Shown here: positions 9,162 through 20,115 of the stretch, piece by piece
Numbering within the stretch: the stretch's first letter is position 1
Layout of the letters: each line of letters opens with the position of its first letter
Source: an uncultured Acidobacteriota bacterium
GTDB lineage: Bacteria > Acidobacteriota > Thermoanaerobaculia > UBA5066
NCBI GenBank assembly: GCA_963779415.1
Contig: CAVZYA010000001.1
Span: forward strand, 1,184,001-1,248,000
Direction: 5' to 3'
Length of the DNA stretch: 64,000 nucleotides
Translations under genes and position numbers: made by a program
Notes under the pieces: generated by a model
What the model saw: only the letters and a program-made list of their open reading frames with translations
What the model was told of the DNA's origin: nothing
Database searches by the model: none

Positions 9162-10549
9162 CTCACGACCCGGTGCAGCGCCCGGACGGCCGCGACGCGC
9201 TGGGCGTCGTCTACGGCGAAGCTGATGTTGCATTCCGACGATCCTTGCGCGATCGCCTCGACGTTCACGCCGGCGCGGGCGACCGCCGCGAAGACCTTCG
9301 CCGCGATCCCCGGCGTGCCGCGCATCCCGTCGCCGACCGCGGCCACGACGGCCACCGGGGCTCTCGCCGTCACGCCGTCGATCGAGCCGGAGAGCTTCTC
9401 GTACCGGAACTCCTGCTCCAGTGCGGCGACGGTGCGGGAGCGGTCCGCCTCCGGAAGGACGAGCGCGATGTTCTGCTCGGACGAGGCCTGCGAGAACATG
9501 ACGACCGAGACGCCGAGACGCGCCGTCGCCCCGAAGACGCGCGCCGCGATCCCGGGAACGCCCGTCATCCCGCGCCCGTCGAGCGACAGGAGGCAGAGCC
9601 CGGAGATCGCCGTCACGGCACGGATCCCCTTCCGCCCGTCTCCTTTCGCCGCGATCGTCGTTCCCGGCTCCTCCGGGCGGAAGGAGTTCCGGATGACGAG
9701 CGGGATCCCCGCCGCGATGGCGGGGATGACGGCCGGGAAGTGGAGCACCTTCGCGCCGAAGTACGTCATCTCGGCGGCTTCCCGGTACGACAGGCGCGGA
9801 AGAAGCCGGGCGTTCCTCACGAGTCGCGGGTCGGCCGAGAGTACGCCGTCCACGTCGGTCCAGATGACGACCCGCCGGGCGCGGAGGGCCGCGCCGAGGA
9901 GGGCCGCCGTCGTGTCCGAGCCGGACCGGCCGAGAGTCGTCGTCTCGCCGCGCGGGCTACGGGCGATGAAGCCCGTGACGACGGGGACGATTCCCTTCCG
10001 GAGCTTCGGGAGGAGGAGCCGCCGGACGCGCGGATCGCTCCGCGCCCGGTCGCACGTCGCGGCGCCGTGCGTCTCGTCGGTCACGAGCATTCGCCGGGCG
10101 TCGACGGCAGAGGACGGAACGCCCCGCGCCGAGAGCGCGGCGGCGACGAACGGGGCCGACAGGCGCTCCCCGAACGATGCGATGAGGTCGGTCACGCGCG
10201 GCGACCGTTCGCGGAGGAGGGAGACGCCTGAAAGCACGGTCCGGAGCTCCTCGAGAGGGGCCGCGTCGAAGGAGATGCGCGACCCGGTCCCCTTCGAGAG
10301 GGCGCGGGCGGTCTCCTCGTGCCTCGCGCGGAGCCGCTCGACGATCTCGCGGGCCGCTCCGATCCGCCCCGCCTCCGCATCGCGCGCCGCGGCGAGAAGC
10401 TGATCCGTGATGCCGGCCATCGCCGAGGCGACGGCGACGACCGGCCCCCGGCGGGCCGCCGCGCGAAGGAGGTCGGCGGCCCTGAGGATCCGCTTCGCGT
10501 CCACGAGAGAGGTGCCGCCGAACTTGTGGACAGAGACCCGACGGTCCAT
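9158..10549 (-). CDS. lysC: Aspartate kinase with two ACT domains (monofunctional)
   Basis: HKFGGTS, SFGERLSA, TTLGRSGSDTTA, WTDVDGVLSADPR, GAKVLH, QASSE, QGSSE; no homoserine dehydrogenase domain. Confidence 0.92.
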   Translation of the reverse strand: MDRRVSVHKFGGTSLVDAKRILRAADLLRAAARRGPVVAVASAMAGITDQLLAAARDAEAGRIGAAREIVERLRARHEETARALSKGTGSRISFDAAPLEELRTVLSGVSLLRERSPRVTDLIASFGERLSAPFVAAALSARGVPSSAVDARRMLVTDETHGAATCDRARSDPRVRRLLLPKLRKGIVPVVTGFIARSPRGETTTLGRSGSDTTAALLGAALRARRVVIWTDVDGVLSADPRLVRNARLLPRLSYREAAEMTYFGAKVLHFPAVIPAIAAGIPLVIRNSFRPEEPGTTIAAKGDGRKGIRAVTAISGLCLLSLDGRGMTGVPGIAARVFGATARLGVSVVMFSQASSEQNIALVLPEADRSRTVAALEQEFRYEKLSGSIDGVTARAPVAVVAAVGDGMRGTPGIAAKVFAAVARAGVNVEAIAQGSSECNISFAVDDAQRVAAVRALHRVVS

Positions 10550-10557
10550 GAGGGCCA

Positions 10558-10587
10558 ATGGTACAGGCCCGCGGGTCACGCTAGGAT
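10558..10587. promoter_or_regulatory. Divergent -10 boxes for aspartate kinase and prolyl oligopeptidase
   Basis: TACCAT (minus, 10558-63) lies 8 nt before ATG 10549; TAGGAT (plus, 10582-87) lies 9 nt before ATG 10597. Confidence 0.55.
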
Positions 10588-10596
10588 CGCGGGCCC

Positions 10597-12681
10597 ATGT
10601 ACCCGAATGCGCCGACCTCCGACGCCGTGGACGACTATCACGGGACGAAGATCGCCGACCCCTACCGGCCCCTCGAGAACCCCGACAGCCCCGAGACGCG
10701 GAAGTGGATCGAGGCCGAGAACCGGCTGACGGAGAGCTGGCTCGCCGGCGTGCCGAACCGCGCGAAGCTCCTCGAACGCCTGACGACGCTCTGGAACTAC
10801 GAGCGGTACAGCCCTCCCTTCCGCGAAGGAGGCCTCTACTTCTTCCAGAAGAACGACGGGCTGCAGAACCAGGCCGTCCTCTACGTCTTCCCGAGGCTCG
10901 ACGCGGCGCCCCGCGTCCTCCTCGACCCGAACGCGCTGAGCAAGGAGGGAACGGTCGCCCTCTCGGGCTACGCCGTCTCGACCGACGGGAAGCACCTGGC
11001 TTACGGCCTCGCGGCCGCGGGGTCGGACTGGAACGAGTGGCGGGTCCTCGACGTGGCGACCGGGAAGGAGACCGGCGATCTCCTGAAGTGGGTCAAGTTC
11101 TCCGGCGCCGCGTGGACGAAGGACGGAAAAGGGTTCTACTACTCGCGATTCGACGCGCCGAAGCCCGGGACGGAGCTGGAGGCCGTCGTCAAGAACCAGA
11201 AGCTCTTCTATCACCGGCTCGGCACGCCCCAGTCCGAGGACCTTCTCGTCTACGAGCGCCCCGACGACCCCGAGCTCGGGTTCGGCGCCTCGGTGAGCGA
11301 CGACGGCCGGTACCTCGTCGTCGTCGTCTCGAAGGGGACGGACACGCGGAACCGGATCTACGTCCGCGACCTCTCGGGAAAGGACGCCCCCTTCGTGAAG
11401 CTCTTCGACGATTTCGACGCCCGGTACGAGGTCGTCGACAACGTCGGGACGCTCTTCTACGTCTGGACCGACAGGGACGCTCCGCGCGGCCGTGTCGTCT
11501 CGGTCGATCTCGCGTCCTACGAGAAGGCGGCCGCGGCCGATCCGAAGGCGAAGCCCCTTCTCACGGACGTCATTCCGCAGGGAGCCGACACGATCTCGGG
11601 CGTCCGCCTCCTCGCGGACCGGCTCGTCGTGATCTTCATGAAGGACGCGGCCGAGGAGGCCCGGATCTTCTCGCGCGACGGCAGGCCCGAGACGGAGATC
11701 GCCCTTCCGGCGCTCGGGATGCTCCAGGGATTCGCCGGAAAGCGGGGGGACCACGAGACCTTCTACGCTTTCACCTCGTTCACCTATCCGACGACCATCT
11801 TCCGGTACGACTTCGAAACCGGGACGAGCACGGTCTTCCGAAAGCCGAAGGTCGACTTCGATCCCGCCGCCTTCGAGACGTCGCGGGTCTTCTACACGAG
11901 CAGGGACGGAACGAGGATCCCGATGTTTCTCGTCCGCCGGAAGGGGATGACGAAGAACGGCTCGAACCCGACGTACCTCTACGGTTACGGTGGCTTCAAC
12001 GTGCCGCTCGGCCCTTCCTTCTCGCCGGGCCGGATCGCCTGGCTCGAGCAGGGCGGCCTCTATGCCCAGCCTTCGATCCGGGGGGGCTCGGAGTACGGCG
12101 AGGAGTGGCACAAGGCCGGAATGCTCGCGAAGAAGCAGAACGTCTTCGACGACTTCATCGCGGCGGCCGAATGGCTCGTCGCAAACCGCTGGACCTCTCC
12201 GGCGCACCTCGGGATCGTCGGGGGATCCAACGGAGGCCTCCTCGTCGGTGCCGTCCTGAACCAGAGGCCCGACCTCTTCGGCGCCGCCGTCCCGGCCGTC
12301 GGCGTCATGGACATGCTCCGCTTCGACAAGTTCACGATCGGCTGGGCGTGGGTCTCCGACTACGGCTCCCCCGACGATCCCGAAGCGTTTCGCTGGATCT
12401 ATCCCTACTCGCCGCTCCACAACATCCGGAAAGGGACGAAGTATCCGGCGGTCCTCGCCGTGACGGCGGACCACGACGACCGCGTCGTCCCCGCCCACTC
12501 CTTCAAGTACGTCGCCGCGCTCCAGGCCGCGCAGGGGGGCGACGCGCCGATCCTGATCCGGATCGAGACGAAGGCCGGCCACGGCGCCGGAAAGCCGACG
12601 ACGAAGGCGATCGAGGAGGCCGCCGACATCCAGGCCTTCCTCTGGCGGACCCTCGGCGCGCCGGAGAAGGGCCGGCCGTGA
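10597..12681 (+). CDS. Prolyl oligopeptidase (S9A)
   Basis: DPYRPLE, YGYGGFN, RGGSEYGEEWH, GGSNGG (Ser), DHDDRV (Asp), AGHG (His). Confidence 0.95.
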   Translation: MYPNAPTSDAVDDYHGTKIADPYRPLENPDSPETRKWIEAENRLTESWLAGVPNRAKLLERLTTLWNYERYSPPFREGGLYFFQKNDGLQNQAVLYVFPRLDAAPRVLLDPNALSKEGTVALSGYAVSTDGKHLAYGLAAAGSDWNEWRVLDVATGKETGDLLKWVKFSGAAWTKDGKGFYYSRFDAPKPGTELEAVVKNQKLFYHRLGTPQSEDLLVYERPDDPELGFGASVSDDGRYLVVVVSKGTDTRNRIYVRDLSGKDAPFVKLFDDFDARYEVVDNVGTLFYVWTDRDAPRGRVVSVDLASYEKAAAADPKAKPLLTDVIPQGADTISGVRLLADRLVVIFMKDAAEEARIFSRDGRPETEIALPALGMLQGFAGKRGDHETFYAFTSFTYPTTIFRYDFETGTSTVFRKPKVDFDPAAFETSRVFYTSRDGTRIPMFLVRRKGMTKNGSNPTYLYGYGGFNVPLGPSFSPGRIAWLEQGGLYAQPSIRGGSEYGEEWHKAGMLAKKQNVFDDFIAAAEWLVANRWTSPAHLGIVGGSNGGLLVGAVLNQRPDLFGAAVPAVGVMDMLRFDKFTIGWAWVSDYGSPDDPEAFRWIYPYSPLHNIRKGTKYPAVLAVTADHDDRVVPAHSFKYVAALQAAQGGDAPILIRIETKAGHGAGKPTTKAIEEAADIQAFLWRTLGAPEKGRP

Positions 12682-13016
12682 ACCCGCTCCCACGCGCTTC
12701 GTCGGCGCTCCTTCTCGCCGCCCTCCTCGTGACCGCCTGTGCGACCGCGCCCCCTCCGCCGCCGCCCGCTCCGGCGCCGGCCCCAGAGTCCGAGCCTGCT
12801 CCGGCTGCCCCCGCCGAGCGACCCACCTACATCGTGAAGTCCGACAAGACCCAGCTCCGCGACGATCCGACGACGAAGTCGATGGTCCTCGGGCGGCTCT
12901 CGAAAAACACCCGGGTCACGGGGATGAAGGAGAAGGACGGCTGGGTCTTCGTTCGCCTTCCGGACAACCGCGTCGGATGGATCCGGGGAGATCTCCTCCG
13001 GAGGGAAGCTCCCTAG
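12678..13016 (+). CDS. Lipoprotein with Pro-rich linker and bacterial SH3 domain
   Basis: GTG overlaps the upstream stop; lipobox-like LVTAC; 'QLRDDP...VLGRL...GWVFV....GWI' SH3b pattern. Confidence 0.8.
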   Translation: MNPLPRASSALLLAALLVTACATAPPPPPPAPAPAPESEPAPAAPAERPTYIVKSDKTQLRDDPTTKSMVLGRLSKNTRVTGMKEKDGWVFVRLPDNRVGWIRGDLLRREAP

Positions 13017-13058
13017 AGGGCGTCGGGGGCCGGGGATTCCCGTAAACTCCCGCCGGCC

Positions 13059-16000
13059 ATGCCGAAGCGGACGGACCTCAAGTCGATCCTCGTCCTCGGG
13101 TCCGGACCGATCGTGATCGGCCAGGCGTGCGAGTTCGACTACTCCGGCACGCAGGCCTGCCGCGCCCTTCGCGAGAAGGGGTACCGGGTCGTCCTCGTGA
13201 ACTCGAACCCCGCCACGATCATGACGGACCCGGAGTTCGCCGACGCGACCTACATCGAGCCGCTCGACCGGGACACGGTGGCCGCGATCATCGACCGCGA
13301 GAAGCCCGACGCCCTTCTCCCCACCGTGGGGGGTCAGACCGCGCTGAACCTCGCCGTCGCGCTCGACGAGGCGGGCGTCCTCGCGAAGCACGGCATCGAG
13401 ACGCTCGGAGCTTCGGTCCGGTCGGTGAAGCTGGGCGAGGACCGCCTCCTCTTCAAGAAGGCGATGGAGGAGGCCGGCGTCGCCGTCCTCCGGTCCGGCC
13501 TCGCCCACGGCCTCGACGAGGCCCACGCGATCGCCCGTCCCTTCGGCTTCCCCGTCGTCATCCGCCCCTCGTTCACCCTCGGCGGGACCGGCGGCGGGAT
13601 CGCCTTCAACGTCGACGACTTCGAGGCGATCGTCAAGCGAGGCCTCTCGCTCTCCCCCGTCCACGAGGTCCTCGTCGAGGAGTCGGTCCTCGGGTGGAAG
13701 GAGTTCGAGCTCGAGGTGATGCGCGACGTCGCGGACACCTTCGTCGTCGTCTGCTCCATCGAGAACCTCGATCCGATGGGGGTCCACACGGGCGACTCGA
13801 TCACGATCGCGCCGCAGATGACGCTCTCGGACGTCGAGTACCAGGCGATGCGCGACGACGCCCGGAAGGTGATCCGGGCCGTCGGGGTCGCCACGGGCGG
13901 GTCGAACATCCAGTTCGCGGTCGACCCGAAGAGCGGGCGGCGGATCGTCATCGAGATGAACCCCCGCGTCTCGCGCTCCTCGGCTCTCGCTTCGAAGGCG
14001 ACCGGCTTTCCGATCGCGAAGATCGCCGCCCTGCTCGCCGTCGGCTTCCGCCTCGACGAGATCCCGAACGACATCACGAGGAAGACCCCGGCCTGCTTCG
14101 AGCCGACGCTCGACTACGTCGTCGTCAAGATTCCGCGCTTCACCTTCGAGAAGTTCCCCGGGGCCTCGACGAGCCTCGGCGTCCAGATGAAGTCGGTCGG
14201 CGAGGTGATGGCGCTGGGGCGTACCTTCGCCGAGTCGTTCGGAAAGGCGCTCCGCTCGCTGGAGACCGGGCGGAGCGGCTGGATGGACGAGCCCGGGACG
14301 CCGGCGGCGGTGCCCAAGCCCGACGCCCTGCGCGTGGCGCGCCCCGAGCGGATCTTCGCCGTCCTTTCCGCCCTCAGGGCGGGGATGAGCGCCGAAGCCA
14401 TCTCGGAGATCACGGGGATCGACCGCTGGTTCCTCGACCGCTTCTCGGAGGTGATCGCCGTCGAGCGCGAGGTCCGCGCGGCGGGCCCGCTGGCGCTCGG
14501 GGACGCCGCGCTCCTCCGGCGAGCCAAGCAGCACGGTCTCTCCGACGAGGACCTCGCGACGCTGACGGGACGGACGGCGGACGACGTGGGAGCGGCGCGC
14601 CGGCGCGCGGGAACGATGCCGGTCTTCAACCGGGTCGACACCTGCGCCGCCGAGTTCGAGTCGACGACGCCGTACCTCTACTCCTGCTACGAGACGGAAG
14701 ACGAGGCGGAGACCGACGAGCGGACGAAGGTCGTCGTCCTCGGGTCCGGGCCGAACCGGATCGGGCAGGGGCTCGAGTTCGACTACTGCTGCGTCCACGC
14801 GGCCGGGGCGATCTCGGAGGCCGGCTTCGAGTCGGTGATGGTCAACTGCAACCCGGAGACGGTCTCGACCGACTACGACACGTCGGACCGGCTCTACTTC
14901 GAGCCGCTGACGATCGAGGACGTCCTCGCGGTCGTCGAGCGCGAGAAGCCGCTCGGCGTCCTCGTCCAGTTCGGCGGGCAGACGCCGCTGAAGCTGGCGC
15001 GCCCGCTCGAGAAGGCGGGCGTGAGGATCCTCGGAACGTCGCCCGAGGCGATCGACCGCGCCGAGGACCGGCAGCGTTTCGGCGAGCTTCTCGCGGACGT
15101 CGGCCTCCAGGCGCCGCCGTGGGCCGCCGCCTCCTCGCCCGCCGAGGGGATGGCGGCCGGGCGGTCGCTCGGCTTCCCCCTCCTCGTCCGGCCGAGCTAC
15201 GTCCTCGGAGGACGCGCGATGCGGATCGCGTACGACGAGCGGATTCTCGAACGGATCCTCGAGGAGGCTCTCGCCGCGTTTCCCGACCGGCCCGTTCTGA
15301 TCGACCGGTTCCTCGAGGACGCCTTCGAGCTGGACGTCGACGCGCTCGGCGACGGGACGGAGATCGTCGTGGCAGGCGTCATGCAGCACATCGAGGAGGC
15401 CGGGATCCACTCGGGGGACTCGTACGCCGTCCTTCCGCCGTACCGGCGCGTCCCGCGCGGCGCTCTCGGCGAGATCCGCGACGCGACGGCCCAGCTCGGA
15501 AAAGCCCTGAAGGTCGTCGGCCTGATGAACGTCCAGTACGCCATCAAGGACGGGCAGCTCTTCGTCCTCGAGGTGAACCCCCGGGCCTCGCGAACCGTCC
15601 CGTTCGTCGCGAAGGCGACGGGTGTTCCCTTCGCGCGGCTCGCGACCCGGCTCTGCCTCGGCGAGAGCCTCCGCGACGTGGGGCTGACGGAGGAGCCCCC
15701 GCTCGGCGGCTTCTCGATCAAGGCCCCCGTCTTTCCCTTCCGGAAGTTCGAAGGGGTCGACACGATCCTCGGGCCCGAGATGCGCTCGACGGGCGAGGTG
15801 ATGGGGCACGACCGGAGCTTCGGCCTCGCATTCCTCAAGGCCGCGCTCGGAGCGGGGATCCGGCTGCCGGAGAAGGGAACGGCGTTCCTCTCCGTGCACG
15901 ACGGCGACAAGGAGGCGATCCTCCCGATCGCGCGCGAGCTCGCGTCGCTCGGCTTCTCGCTCCTCGCGACGTCGGGGACGGCACGGGCGCTCGCCGAAGG

Positions 16001-16271
16001 GGGACTCTCGGCCGCCACGGTCCTCAAGGTGAACGAGGGGCGCCCGAACATCGTCGACCGGATGATCAACGGCGAGGTGGAGCTCGTCATCAACACGCCG
16101 CTCGGCCGCGAGTCGTTCTACGACGAGATCATGATCCGCCGGACGGCGCTGGAGCGCGACATTCCCTGCCTGACGACGCTCTCGGCGGCCTCGGCCGCGA
16201 TCGAGGCGATCCGCGCCCGCGCCGCCGGCGCCCTTTCGTACGCCCCGCTTCAGGAGGAGGTCCGGGTCTGA
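13059..16271 (+). CDS. carB: Carbamoyl-phosphate synthase large subunit
   Basis: [30 protein letters not shown], duplicated ATP-grasp halves ([16 protein letters not shown]), C-terminal MGS-like domain. Confidence 0.98.
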   Translation: MPKRTDLKSILVLGSGPIVIGQACEFDYSGTQACRALREKGYRVVLVNSNPATIMTDPEFADATYIEPLDRDTVAAIIDREKPDALLPTVGGQTALNLAVALDEAGVLAKHGIETLGASVRSVKLGEDRLLFKKAMEEAGVAVLRSGLAHGLDEAHAIARPFGFPVVIRPSFTLGGTGGGIAFNVDDFEAIVKRGLSLSPVHEVLVEESVLGWKEFELEVMRDVADTFVVVCSIENLDPMGVHTGDSITIAPQMTLSDVEYQAMRDDARKVIRAVGVATGGSNIQFAVDPKSGRRIVIEMNPRVSRSSALASKATGFPIAKIAALLAVGFRLDEIPNDITRKTPACFEPTLDYVVVKIPRFTFEKFPGASTSLGVQMKSVGEVMALGRTFAESFGKALRSLETGRSGWMDEPGTPAAVPKPDALRVARPERIFAVLSALRAGMSAEAISEITGIDRWFLDRFSEVIAVEREVRAAGPLALGDAALLRRAKQHGLSDEDLATLTGRTADDVGAARRRAGTMPVFNRVDTCAAEFESTTPYLYSCYETEDEAETDERTKVVVLGSGPNRIGQGLEFDYCCVHAAGAISEAGFESVMVNCNPETVSTDYDTSDRLYFEPLTIEDVLAVVEREKPLGVLVQFGGQTPLKLARPLEKAGVRILGTSPEAIDRAEDRQRFGELLADVGLQAPPWAAASSPAEGMAAGRSLGFPLLVRPSYVLGGRAMRIAYDERILERILEEALAAFPDRPVLIDRFLEDAFELDVDALGDGTEIVVAGVMQHIEEAGIHSGDSYAVLPPYRRVPRGALGEIRDATAQLGKALKVVGLMNVQYAIKDGQLFVLEVNPRASRTVPFVAKATGVPFARLATRLCLGESLRDVGLTEEPPLGGFSIKAPVFPFRKFEGVDTILGPEMRSTGEVMGHDRSFGLAFLKAALGAGIRLPEKGTAFLSVHDGDKEAILPIARELASLGFSLLATSGTARALAEGGLSAATVLKVNEGRPNIVDRMINGEVELVINTPLGRESFYDEIMIRRTALERDIPCLTTLSAASAAIEAIRARAAGALSYAPLQEEVRV

Positions 16272-18142
16272 GCACGGCTGCGTGGGCGGCCGGCGCCGTC
16301 CTCGCCGCCGTCGGTGCGTACCTCGGCCTTCGCCGGCCGGACGACGCGCCCCTCGGCCTCGTCTTCCTCGCGCCGCTCCTCCCCGGCGTGGCACGGCTCC
16401 TCGGCGGCGATCTGCCGCTCCTTTTCTTCTACGCCGCTCCGGCGCTCGGCGCTTCGCTCGCCGTCCGGCACCGCCGTGGCGAGCCGTCGCCCCTTCCGCG
16501 GAACGTTCTCCGCTGGAGCCTCGCCTTCCTCCTCGTCGCCGCCGTCTCGTCCCTCTCTTCGATCGTCCGGGGCGAGACGCTCTGGCGCCTCCTCCACGAG
16601 CGCGTCGTCCCTCACTACGTGAACGGGCTCTGGATGACCTCGGCGGACCGGAGCCGCGGCGCCGTCCTCACGTTCCTCGGCTATCTCCTGCTTCTGGCGG
16701 CGCTCGACGCCTTCTCCCGCCTCGCCGCCGACCCGGTCCGTCGGCGGCGGCTTCTCGCGGCCGCCTCGGCGGGAGGCGCGCTCGCTCTTGCGGCGGCGGT
16801 GCTCGAGCCGGCAATCCCCTCCGCCGCCGGCGCGGAACGATGGGCCGCCTATCTGCGCTACTCGGGGACGTTCACGGACCCGAACGCCCTCGGCATCGGT
16901 GCCGCCCTTCTCGCGATCCTCGCCCTCGCGCTTCTCCTCGAGAAGGCGAAAGGGCCACGCCTCGCCCGGATTCCCGCCTTCGTCGTCCTGATCCTCGCCC
17001 TGCCCGCCCTTCAGCTCTCCGGATCGCGCACGGGGTTCCTCCTCCTCGCGACGGCCGGAGCCCTCCTCCTCGCGGGCCTCGTCCGCGCCGGGGCCGTGCC
17101 GCTCCGGAGGCTCGGCCTCGGAGTCGCCGCCGCCCTTCTCCTCGCCGTCGTGGTCTGGCCGCTCCTCCCGAAGGGAGGGAACGTGGCGAAGGGCGGGCTC
17201 GCGGCCCGGCTCGCGGCCGCCCTCCGGACGGGCTCTCTCGACGCGACGGCGAACAAGAGGCTCGTCTTCTGGCGCGGCGCGCTCGACGTCATTCTCGAAG
17301 AGCCTCTCTCCGGCTGCGGCCTCGGGGGATTCCCCTACGAGTTTCCCGTCCGCTTCGGCCAGAGGCATCATCCGGTCGAGTTCACGGACAACGCGACGAA
17401 CGCGCTCCTCGACTTAGGCGCCGAATGCGGACTCCCGGCGCTCGTCCTCGCGCTCGCGGCCGCGATTCCCGTCCTCGTCCGCGCCTTCGACGCGGCGCTC
17501 GCGCGTCCGCCGATCGCCATGGGACCGCGCCTCGCCGGCGCCGCGATCATCGGATTCGCGATCGCGTCGATCACGGGGAACCATCTCCGGTTCCCGGAGA
17601 TCGGCTGCCTCGTCATGGCCGCCGCGGCTCTCCTCCTCTCCCCGGGGAGCCCGGAGGAGAAGCCCGATCCCGACCTCGTCCCGCCGCGCATCGCGGGGGG
17701 CGTCCTCGTCGTCTCGGCCATCGTGGCCTCCCTCCTCGTCGTCTGGCCGACCCGGCGCCCGGAGGAGGCCTTCCGGACCGAGCCCTGGCAGGGGCTCTAC
17801 CGGCCCGAGCCGATGGGGTCCGGCAGGCTCTTTCGCTGGATGGGGCCGATCGCCATTCGACGCGTCCGTCCGGGCGAGACGTCGCTCTTCCTTCGCGTGC
17901 GGAACGGCCGGCCAGACGACCTGCCGGTGACCTTCACCGTCGAGGTCGACGGGGTGCCTCGCCGTGGATTCGTCGTTTCGAAAGGAAGCGAGGAGGCGGT
18001 CGACGTCGACGCCCTCTCCGCCGGGCAGATCGTCCGTTTCTCGGCGCAGCCGACCTTCGTGCCGGGAAAGAGGGCGGACGGCCGCGATGAGCGGACGCTC
18101 GCGCTCATAGTTCTGATTCCGCCCGGGACGCTGGCCCCATGA
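16268..18142 (+). CDS. O-antigen ligase (Wzy_C)-like polytopic membrane protein with C-terminal extracytoplasmic domain
   Basis: [37 protein letters not shown]; many hydrophobic segments; start inferred at CTG overlapping the carB stop. Confidence 0.8.
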   Translation: MSTAAWAAGAVLAAVGAYLGLRRPDDAPLGLVFLAPLLPGVARLLGGDLPLLFFYAAPALGASLAVRHRRGEPSPLPRNVLRWSLAFLLVAAVSSLSSIVRGETLWRLLHERVVPHYVNGLWMTSADRSRGAVLTFLGYLLLLAALDAFSRLAADPVRRRRLLAAASAGGALALAAAVLEPAIPSAAGAERWAAYLRYSGTFTDPNALGIGAALLAILALALLLEKAKGPRLARIPAFVVLILALPALQLSGSRTGFLLLATAGALLLAGLVRAGAVPLRRLGLGVAAALLLAVVVWPLLPKGGNVAKGGLAARLAAALRTGSLDATANKRLVFWRGALDVILEEPLSGCGLGGFPYEFPVRFGQRHHPVEFTDNATNALLDLGAECGLPALVLALAAAIPVLVRAFDAALARPPIAMGPRLAGAAIIGFAIASITGNHLRFPEIGCLVMAAAALLLSPGSPEEKPDPDLVPPRIAGGVLVVSAIVASLLVVWPTRRPEEAFRTEPWQGLYRPEPMGSGRLFRWMGPIAIRRVRPGETSLFLRVRNGRPDDLPVTFTVEVDGVPRRGFVVSKGSEEAVDVDALSAGQIVRFSAQPTFVPGKRADGRDERTLALIVLIPPGTLAP

Positions 18143-20115
18143 GCCCCCCGCGCCCGGGACCGGTCCTCCTTTCCGCGGCGGCATGGGTCGCGTTCGGGGC
18201 GATCCTGACGCCGATCCTCCTCCCGCCGATCCCGGCCTATCGGACGTTCGTCGCCGTGGGAGCGGTGGTCCTCTTCGTCGCCGCGCTCGCGGCGCCGCGG
18301 ACCGCCTTCGTCCTCGCGACCGTCGCCGCGACGAGCGCCGGGGCTTCGGCCCTCGTCTTCGGAGGCCGCGAGCCCGCCTGCGCGGGCCCGATCCTCCTCT
18401 CGGGATACTTCGCCGGCTTCGCGCTCAAGGGGCTCTTCGAGTTGGACGCTCCGCTCGCCTCCGCGCCGCTTCTCCCGGCCTGGCGCGCGCTCGCGACCGT
18501 GGCCGCGGTCTCCGCCGCCGCGACGTTCGTCGCGCTCCGGTCGAGCTACCTTCTTCTCGCGGAAGTCCCGACGCCCCGCGCCGTGAATCTCCTCGGACAG
18601 GACGCCGCCCCGGCCCTTACCGGAGCGGTCGGCATCTTCGCCTCCTTCGCCGTTCTGGCGGGAATCCACCGGGCGGCGGCGCGCCTCTCGGCCGATACGC
18701 CCGGGCGCCGGACCATCGACGCGGCGTTCGTCTCCGTCGGACTCCTCGCCGGGGGCGTGGCGCTCCTGCAGAAGACCGGCGTCCTGCCGTCGCTACGCGT
18801 CGAGCCGTGGAGCCAGTGGGGACGCTCGCAGAGCGTCTTCACCGACCCGTCTTCGGCCGGCGTCGCGGCGGCGCTTCTCGTCGCTCCGCTCCTCGCGCGG
18901 GCCACGACCGGCATCGCCGCGGCGCGGCTCGCGGCCGCCCTCGCGGCGGCCCTCATCCTCCTCGTTCTCGGCGACGCCGGGTCCCGGGCGGGCCTGATCG
19001 GTGCGCTGACCGCCGCGGCCGTCTACGTCATCTGGGCGCTCACCCGACTCGTCGCCGGCACGCGCGGCGGAAGGCGGTGGCGCGTCGCCTGGGGCGTCGG
19101 GGCGCTCGCCATCCTCGCGGCGGCCGCGCTCGCCACCGCTCTCTCGTGGCCGAGCCGCGGCGCCGTCCGCTCCGCCCTCGCCACCCGGATCGAGGCCTCG
19201 TTCCGTCCGCGCGAGTCCCCCGCCGAGGGAACGCCCGAGCGGGCGCTCCTCTACGAGGCGGGCTGGTCGATCTTCAGGAAGCGCCCCGTCGCCGGGATCG
19301 GCCTCGGAGGCTTTCGCGTGGAGTTCCCGAACGAAGCCGCCGCCCTCGGCCACCCGGTCCGCTGGACGGACAACCCTCCTTCGCTCTACCTCGGCACCCT
19401 CGTCGAGTCGGGGCTCGCCGGCGGAATCATCCTTCTCCTGCTCCTCCTGGCCGTCACCCGCGGAGCCGGAAGCGCCCTCTTCATGGTGGAGACGTCGACC
19501 GCGACCGCCTTGCCCGCCGTCGGCGCGGCCTCCGCGCTGATCGGGCTCCTCGTCGTCTTTCTGTTCGGCTCGCACCTGATCTACCCCGAGATCGCGACGC
19601 TCGTCGGCATTCTGACGGCGCGTCTCCCGATCCGCCCCGGCGGACGGACGGCGCGGCTCTTCTCGAGCGCGCTCCCCGTCACGCTCGCCGGCGTCCTCGC
19701 GCTCCTTCTCGGAAACGTCGCCTGGGCCGCATGGACCACGAGGTCGCCCGATGCCGCGTTCCGCTGGGCACCCACCGCCGGCCTCTGGGGTCCCGAGCGC
19801 GAGCCGGACGGACGTCGGTTCCGCTGGACCAGCGCGGCGGCGGCATGGCTCGTCCCCGGGACGCCCGGGACGGAGCGGACCCTCTCGCTCCCGGTCCGGA
19901 ATGCCCGGCCCGACGGGCAGCCCGTGGCTCTGGACGTTTCGTGGAACGGCCATCCTTCCGGCCGCGTCACCCTTCCCGTGGCCGGATGGAAGCGTCTCGA
20001 GCTCCGCGTGAACGGCCCCGGCGTCCTCCGGCTCGGAATCGGCGAGACGTTCCGCCCCGCCGGACGAAGGGACCCGCGCCTCCTCGGCATCGAGGTGGGA
20101 CCCGAACTGCCGTGA
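18139..20115 (+). CDS. O-antigen ligase (Wzy_C)-like membrane protein, paralog of the upstream gene
   Basis: SVFTDPSSAG, AGSRAG, RALLY, PVAGIGLGGF, LVESGL; C-terminal GLWGPE...FRWT domain; ATGA coupling. Confidence 0.82.
   Translation: MSPPRPGPVLLSAAAWVAFGAILTPILLPPIPAYRTFVAVGAVVLFVAALAAPRTAFVLATVAATSAGASALVFGGREPACAGPILLSGYFAGFALKGLFELDAPLASAPLLPAWRALATVAAVSAAATFVALRSSYLLLAEVPTPRAVNLLGQDAAPALTGAVGIFASFAVLAGIHRAAARLSADTPGRRTIDAAFVSVGLLAGGVALLQKTGVLPSLRVEPWSQWGRSQSVFTDPSSAGVAAALLVAPLLARATTGIAAARLAAALAAALILLVLGDAGSRAGLIGALTAAAVYVIWALTRLVAGTRGGRRWRVAWGVGALAILAAAALATALSWPSRGAVRSALATRIEASFRPRESPAEGTPERALLYEAGWSIFRKRPVAGIGLGGFRVEFPNEAAALGHPVRWTDNPPSLYLGTLVESGLAGGIILLLLLLAVTRGAGSALFMVETSTATALPAVGAASALIGLLVVFLFGSHLIYPEIATLVGILTARLPIRPGGRTARLFSSALPVTLAGVLALLLGNVAWAAWTTRSPDAAFRWAPTAGLWGPEREPDGRRFRWTSAAAAWLVPGTPGTERTLSLPVRNARPDGQPVALDVSWNGHPSGRVTLPVAGWKRLELRVNGPGVLRLGIGETFRPAGRRDPRLLGIEVGPELP

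Noticed and set aside
12405-16394. 1329-aa minus ORF and other very long Arg/Pro-rich ORFs (e.g. 1838-4720, 18183-21308, 53343-56222)
   Set aside because: Stop-poor alternative frames expected at this GC content; only sub-parts correspond to real genes.
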